This document shows positions 59,129 through 64,000 of a stretch of 64,000 nucleotides of DNA, piece by piece. The notes under the pieces were generated by a model that did not search any database, was not told the DNA's origin, and worked only from the letters and a program-made list of their open reading frames with translations. The number at the start of each line of letters is the position of its first letter. Positions within the stretch are counted from its first letter, which is position 1. The DNA comes from Alphaproteobacteria bacterium (GTDB lineage: Bacteria; Pseudomonadota; Alphaproteobacteria; UBA828), in assembly GCA_963667785.2 (NCBI GenBank), contig CAXXMU010000001.1:224001-288000 (forward strand), written 5' to 3'. Position numbers and translations under genes: made by a program.

Positions 59129-60118
59129 ATGCGACGGCGACGGAACGCGCCCCTCATCTCAGCCGCGATGGCGGCGCTGCTGGCGTTCGCGCTGGCGGAC
59201 GGCGCCACTGCCAGCGACCCGCCGGCCGAGGGGGCCGTCGCGAGCGCCGCTGCCGTCGAAGCCCCGGCCAGCGACATGATCGGCGAGTTCCGCCAGGTCG
59301 TGACCGCCTACGAGGACACCCTGCTCGACCTCGCCCGCGCCAACGGCCTCGGCTACGTCGAGATGATCGCGGCCAATCCCGGCGTCGACCCGTGGGTGCC
59401 CGGCGAAAGCACGACCGTCACCCTGCCGACCGCGCACATCCTGCCCGATACCGCGCGAGAGGGCCTGGTCGTCAACCTGGCCGAGCATCGTCTCTACTTC
59501 TTCGGCGCGCCCGGCACGGAGCCGGTGACCTTCCCGCTCGGCGTCGGCCGGGAGGGATGGACGACGCCGCTCGGCACCACCGAGATCGTCCGCAAGAAGG
59601 AAAGGCCGACCTGGTATCCGCCGGAGTCGATCCGCGAGGAGAAGCCCCATCTGCCCAAGGTGGTGCCGCCCGGCCCCGACAATCCGCTCGGCAGCCACGC
59701 GCTCTACTTCGCCTGGCCCACCTACCTGATCCACGGCACCAACAGGCCGTGGGGGATCGGGCGGCGGGTCAGCCATGGGTGCATCCGCCTCTACCCGGAG
59801 GATATCGCGCGCCTCTACGCGATGGTGCCCATCGGCACGCCGGTCCACGTGATCGACCAGGCGGTCAAGGTGGGCTGGGCCGACGGCGAGCTCTTCGTCG
59901 AGGCCCATCCCGAAGCGGCCCAGGCCGACGAGCTGTCCGCCACCGGCCGCATCGAAAGCGCCGGCGCCGACTCGCTCGCCGACGTGTTCTACCGGATCAT
60001 GTCTCGGGCCGGCGACTCCCAGGACAGGCTGAACTGGAGCCTCATCCGCAAGGCGCTGGAGGAGCGGTCCGGCGTCCCCGTCAGGGTTACCGAGAACCGC
60101 ACCTCAGCCTCCGGTTAG
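59129..60118 (+). CDS. L,D-transpeptidase, ErfK/YbiS/YcfS/YnhG type
   Basis: Signal peptide, LysM-like ANPGVDPW, PGPDNPLG, IHGTN...SHGCIRL. Confidence 0.92.
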   Translation: MRRRRNAPLISAAMAALLAFALADGATASDPPAEGAVASAAAVEAPASDMIGEFRQVVTAYEDTLLDLARANGLGYVEMIAANPGVDPWVPGESTTVTLPTAHILPDTAREGLVVNLAEHRLYFFGAPGTEPVTFPLGVGREGWTTPLGTTEIVRKKERPTWYPPESIREEKPHLPKVVPPGPDNPLGSHALYFAWPTYLIHGTNRPWGIGRRVSHGCIRLYPEDIARLYAMVPIGTPVHVIDQAVKVGWADGELFVEAHPEAAQADELSATGRIESAGADSLADVFYRIMSRAGDSQDRLNWSLIRKALEERSGVPVRVTENRTSASG

Positions 60119-60128
60119 CTTTCCCATC

Positions 60129-60148
60129 GGCGGCCCGCGACGGCCGCC
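60129..60148. terminator. Hairpin between the convergent LDT and lipoprotein genes
   Basis: GGCGGCC-CGCGAC-GGCCGCC. Confidence 0.4.
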
Positions 60149-60156
60149 CACCCGGC

Positions 60157-60486
60157 CTATTTGCTGTTCATCTTCTGGAAGATGCGATCCGCCTTGTCGG
60201 CAGCCATGTGCGACGCCTCGGCCGCTGCCTCGGCTGCGCCTGCCGCGTCGCCCGCTGCCGCTGCCGCCGCCTGGGCGTTGGCGTTGGCCTCGTCCACTGC
60301 GGCCCGCAACTCGTCCACGGCCACCAGGGCCTGATTGGCGGTCTGCAGGGCCTGGTTCGCTATCGCCTCGGCGCCGGCTATGGCAGCCGCTGCCTGTTCC
60401 TGCTCTGCGGCCGACTGGCACCCGGCAGCAACCGCCAGCGGAAGGGCGAGAATCGCGATCCGCAGCGCCCACGTCTTGTTGAGCAT
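60157..60486 (-). CDS. Lpp/OprI-like alanine-zipper lipoprotein
   Basis: Lipobox AAGC (Cys23), Ala-rich helical body, C-terminus KADRIFQKMNSK; AGGAGG RBS. Confidence 0.75.
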   Translation of the reverse strand: MLNKTWALRIAILALPLAVAAGCQSAAEQEQAAAAIAGAEAIANQALQTANQALVAVDELRAAVDEANANAQAAAAAAGDAAGAAEAAAEASHMAADKADRIFQKMNSK

Positions 60487-60651
60487 AGCCTCCTCCTGAG
60501 TCCGATAGAACGCGGCGGAGTTGAGGCGATTCGCTCAATTGTGTCAAGCCGCCTCTCCCAAATAGCCGCCATTGGAACGAATTATCTTCAAATAGAAGAG
60601 CCGGGGGACTGCGTTTTTGCCGGCACGTGCCGGAGCGGCTACTCTTCTCCC

Positions 60652-61233
60652 ATGGACGGACCCTCGTCGCCCCCGCCGGGCGAGTCCGTCGATCGCGACG
60701 GGCCCGGCACGCCGGTCATCTTCGATGCGGTGCTCGCGCCGAACCGCTCGCTCGGGCGCATGGGCTTCGTCGCAGTCATGGGCGGCGTGATCGTGGTCAG
60801 CGTCGGCCTCGGCACCTATTTCCTGCTCCAGGGCGCCTGGCCGGTGCTCGGCTTCTTCGGCCTCGACATCGCGCTGCTCTATCTCGCCTTCCGCCTGAGC
60901 TACCGGTCGGGTCGCCTGCGCGAGACCATATGCGTGACCGCGAACGAGGTCGTGATCCGGCGCATCGCGCCCAACGGGCGGACGACGGAGTGGCGCTTCA
61001 ACCCGTATTGGCTGCGCGTCGCCCTCGACGAGCCGGTCGAGCACCACAGCCAGATCACGCTCTCGTCGCACGGCCGGTCGCTGGTCATCGGCCCCTTTCT
61101 CGCGCCGGAGGAACGGGCGAGCCTGGTGCAGGCGCTGCGCGAGGCCCTCGGCGAGGCCAACCGGCGCTACGACGGCGCCGGGGAGGTGCAGCCGGACCTG
61201 CAGGGGGAGGGGGCGGCTCCCGAGTCCGGCTGA
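60652..61233 (+). CDS. DUF2244 integral membrane protein
   Basis: LAPNRSL, GAWPVLGFFGLD, FNPYW, GPFLAPEER. Confidence 0.85.
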   Translation: MDGPSSPPPGESVDRDGPGTPVIFDAVLAPNRSLGRMGFVAVMGGVIVVSVGLGTYFLLQGAWPVLGFFGLDIALLYLAFRLSYRSGRLRETICVTANEVVIRRIAPNGRTTEWRFNPYWLRVALDEPVEHHSQITLSSHGRSLVIGPFLAPEERASLVQALREALGEANRRYDGAGEVQPDLQGEGAAPESG

Positions 61234-61241
61234 GGCCGGGC

Positions 61242-61733
61242 TCAGCCGATCGGCGGGGTGCGCACCGTCATCTTGCCGCGCATGGCCGCCGGCGTGTCGG
61301 CCTCCGGCACCTCGCCGCCGGCGCTCGCCTGGTAGGCGCGGGCGTAGGCGAGGACATCCGCCGCGTTTTCCGGCGTCAGGTGGCTGAAGCGCACATGGTG
61401 CTTGCCGCCCGCGCGAAAGCCCACGTTGCACGGGCTCTTGCAGCCGTTCAGGCAATAGACCGCACGCAGGTTGAGGGTCTCCGGCAGGGGGTCCGCCTCG
61501 ATCAGGTCGCGCACCGCCTCCAGCAGGAAGGTGCCCTGGCGCTTGCCGTCGCGCTCCCGCGCGGATTCGGACCAGACGCAGGAGCGGCAGACGTAGAAGG
61601 TCGTCGTCTCCTCCTCCGCCGGCGCGGGCGCCTTGCTCCGGGTGCTCCGCCTGGCCCCGGCCGGCCGAGACTTGCCCGCGCCGCCGGCGCGCGCCTTCCC
61701 GCCCTCTCGTCTCGCCGGCGTTCGCGCCGCCAT
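61242..61733 (-). CDS. DUF1636 predicted metal-binding protein
   Basis: VCRSC and CLNGCKSPC motifs; basic disordered N-terminus; ATG at 61733. Confidence 0.75.
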   Translation of the reverse strand: MAARTPARREGGKARAGGAGKSRPAGARRSTRSKAPAPAEEETTTFYVCRSCVWSESARERDGKRQGTFLLEAVRDLIEADPLPETLNLRAVYCLNGCKSPCNVGFRAGGKHHVRFSHLTPENAADVLAYARAYQASAGGEVPEADTPAAMRGKMTVRTPPIG

Positions 61734-61740
61734 GGGTCGC

Positions 61741-62514
61741 CTATCCGAAGCTGTAGTAGAAGTTGAGAAGAATGCCGTTGACCTGCGTCGGCTTCTCGAT
61801 CGGGGTCCAATGCCCGCATCCGGGAAGCACGACGACGCGCGATCCGGCGATCCGGCTGCCGAGCGCCTTGACCGCCGGCGGCGGCGAGACTCCGTCCTCG
61901 TCGCCGGTGACCAGAAAGGTCGGGCAGGCGATGTCGGCCAGGTTCGCGCTGGTGGCGGCGGCGAGCGCCTCGCAGGTTCGCGCATAGCCCTCGGCATCCT
62001 GGCGCATGAGAATCTCGCGGACGAAGGCCGCCGCCGCCGGGTAGTGCGCCTTGGTCTCGGCCGAGGTCGCGACCTCCACCAGGGTGTCTGCGATCGGCGC
62101 CATGCCGCTGTTGCGGGCCGCGGCAGCACGGTCGCGGATCGCCTGGCGCGCCGGCTCCGGCGGCTCCGCGAGGGGGCCGAGCAACGCGAGGCTCTTCACC
62201 CGCTCGGGATGGTCGGCGGCGATGTGCTGGCAGACGATGGTGCCCATCGAATGGCCGCAGAGGTGGGCGGTCGGTATCTCCAGCTCGTCCATCACCGCGA
62301 TCACGTCGGCGACGAAGGATGCGATCGACAGCGCGCCCGCGGCGGGCGAGCGGCCCGAGCCTTCGAGATCGAGCCGCACGACCCGTAAGGAGCGGGCGAG
62401 CGGGCCGACCTGCGGGTACCAGCTGTTGCTGGTGCCGCCGAGGCCGTGAATCATCACCACCGCGTCGCCGTCGCCCTGCTGCTCGACCGCGATCTCCTTG
62501 CCGTTGATCTCCAT
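61741..62514 (-). CDS. Alpha/beta hydrolase (PcaD-like)
   Basis: HGLGG, GHSMG nucleophile elbow, GDED, CGHW. Confidence 0.88.
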   Translation of the reverse strand: MEINGKEIAVEQQGDGDAVVMIHGLGGTSNSWYPQVGPLARSLRVVRLDLEGSGRSPAAGALSIASFVADVIAVMDELEIPTAHLCGHSMGTIVCQHIAADHPERVKSLALLGPLAEPPEPARQAIRDRAAAARNSGMAPIADTLVEVATSAETKAHYPAAAAFVREILMRQDAEGYARTCEALAAATSANLADIACPTFLVTGDEDGVSPPPAVKALGSRIAGSRVVVLPGCGHWTPIEKPTQVNGILLNFYYSFG

Positions 62515-62621
62515 CGCTCGCGACTCCCGTGACGACACCCCGGCGCGCCGGCCGCTTCAGCACATAGCATGCGGCGGCACCGGCCGGATAGGCGCTTTGC
62601 GCGGCCGCTCCCCCGGCGTGA

Positions 62622-64000
62622 TCAGTCGAGGTGGGACGTGTCGATCGCCTCGCATCCGGCGAGCGCGGGGAAGAACCGCTGCCCCTCGCTCGCGCCCGCT
62701 CTGGGCGGCTCCGGCGCGGCCAGCTCCTGGGCCGCGAAGAGGCGCGCGACTACCGCCTTGCGGGCATCGCCCGCGGCCCAGTCGATCGCCGCCTCCTCGA
62801 GCAGGAAGGCGCCGGCCAGCCCCCGCGCCATGCAGTCCATCAGCCGGTGGGCCTGACGGGCGGCCTCGGCCTCGTCGCCCTGGACGAGGGCGACCAGCGC
62901 TGCGGTGTCCTGCCTCGCATGCGCGATCAGCCCGCGCGGCCGCTCGAACGCCGCATGATCGGTGACGACGGGCAGGTCGAGCGCGGCGCCGAGCCGCGCG
63001 TCGAACGCCGAGAGCCCCTCCGGCCCGGCGCCGATCAGACGCAGCACCTCCAGCGCCTGGATGTTGGGCGGCCCTTCCCACACGGTCAGCACCTGGGCAT
63101 CGCGGTAGAGTCTGGCCGTCGGGTATTCCTCGGTGTAGCCGTTGCCGCCGAGGATCTCGATCGCCCGGCTGGTCGTCGTGATCGCCCACGCGGCGGTGAG
63201 ATACTTGGCGAGCGCCGTGACGAGGCGCATCCAGGGCTGCGCCGCCGGGTCCTGCTCGGCCGCGTCGAAGGCGCAGGCCGCGGCGAAGGCCAGCGCCACG
63301 CTCGCCTCCAGACGCACCAGCATCTCGACGAGCTGGTCCTGCACCATGGGATAGTCGAGAAGCCGATGACCGAAGGCGCGGCGCGCACCCGCATGGGCGA
63401 GCGCCTCCGCAAAAGCGCGCCGCTGAATGCCGGCCGACGCCATCGCGTTGTGGATGCGGCTGTAGCCGAGCGCCGCCATCATCGTCCTAAGTCCGTGCGG
63501 CGGCGGCGCCACCTCCAGCGCGTGCGCCTCAGCAAGTTCGATCTCGCCGGTGGCGAGGCCGCGGGTGCCGAGCTTCTCCTTCAGCCGCCTGATGCGGTAG
63601 CGGTTGGGCCTGCCGTCGGGAGCCTGCGCCGGCACCAGATAGAGGCCGAGGCCGGCGCCGCCCGGAGCCGCACCCTCCGGCCTCGCCAGCGCGAGCGCGA
63701 GATCGCAGTCGACGTTGCTGGCGAACCACTTGAGCCCGCTGAGCGCGAACCCGCCATTTGTGCCGCGCGCGGTCGTGGCGGTGGCGCCGACATCGCTGCC
63801 GCCCTGCTTCTCGGTGGCCCAGGTGCCGCCGGTCGCGGCGCTGCCGTCCATGCGCACGAGCGCCGGCAAATGAGCCTCCCGCAGGGCCTTGGGCGCGAAG
63901 CGATCCAGCACGTGGGCGACGGCGCCGGTGAGCGTCACCGGGCAGTGGACGGAGATGTCGGCCTGCGAGAGCAGATAGCCCATCGCGAAGGTGAGCGAGA
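62622..64000 (-). CDS. Acyl-CoA dehydrogenase, AidB-like; 5' end outside the window
   Basis: CPVTLT, TEKQGGSDV, KWFAS, RLKEKLGTR, GGNGY, VWEGPPNI; frame open to the window end. Confidence 0.88.
   Translation of the reverse strand, partial: SLTFAMGYLLSQADISVHCPVTLTGAVAHVLDRFAPKALREAHLPALVRMDGSAATGGTWATEKQGGSDVGATATTARGTNGGFALSGLKWFASNVDCDLALALARPEGAAPGGAGLGLYLVPAQAPDGRPNRYRIRRLKEKLGTRGLATGEIELAEAHALEVAPPPHGLRTMMAALGYSRIHNAMASAGIQRRAFAEALAHAGARRAFGHRLLDYPMVQDQLVEMLVRLEASVALAFAAACAFDAAEQDPAAQPWMRLVTALAKYLTAAWAITTTSRAIEILGGNGYTEEYPTARLYRDAQVLTVWEGPPNIQALEVLRLIGAGPEGLSAFDARLGAALDLPVVTDHAAFERPRGLIAHARQDTAALVALVQGDEAEAARQAHRLMDCMARGLAGAFLLEEAAIDWAAGDARKAVVARLFAAQELAAPEPPRAGASEGQRFFPALAGCEAIDTSHLD

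Overview
Very GC-rich chromosomal DNA that looks alphaproteobacterial (Rhodospirillales-like, inferred from gene content and order: rplU-rpmA-obgE-proB-proA-nadD-rsfS-rlmH, etfB-etfA-hbd, msbA-DUF374-waaA-lpxK-lpxL, cysK-alaX-sseA). About 60 genes: core housekeeping blocks interleaved with accessory catabolic and transport genes (sugar ABC transporter, putrescine potFGHI plus puuA/puuB-like genes, BVMO, GMC oxidoreductase, two acyl-CoA dehydrogenases) and a Phd-VapC toxin-antitoxin pair. I saw no rRNA, tRNA, CRISPR array, transposase or integrase. The most interesting signals are enzymes with recognisable folds but rewired active sites: (1) a LarA (nickel-pincer) superfamily protein lacking racemase catalytic residues, followed by a CxxC DUF1858-like protein and divergent from a TMADH/OYE-like flavo-Fe-S enzyme; (2) a HAL-fold lyase with no Ala-Ser-Gly (MIO) motif; (3) a urease that keeps all Ni ligands but has remodelled substrate loops. 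Also notable: an Lpp/OprI-like lipoprotein paired with an ErfK/YbiS-type L,D-transpeptidase, an rsfS with no canonical start codon, and a frameshifted ROK kinase. All family assignments come from motif recognition by eye; no database searches were run.
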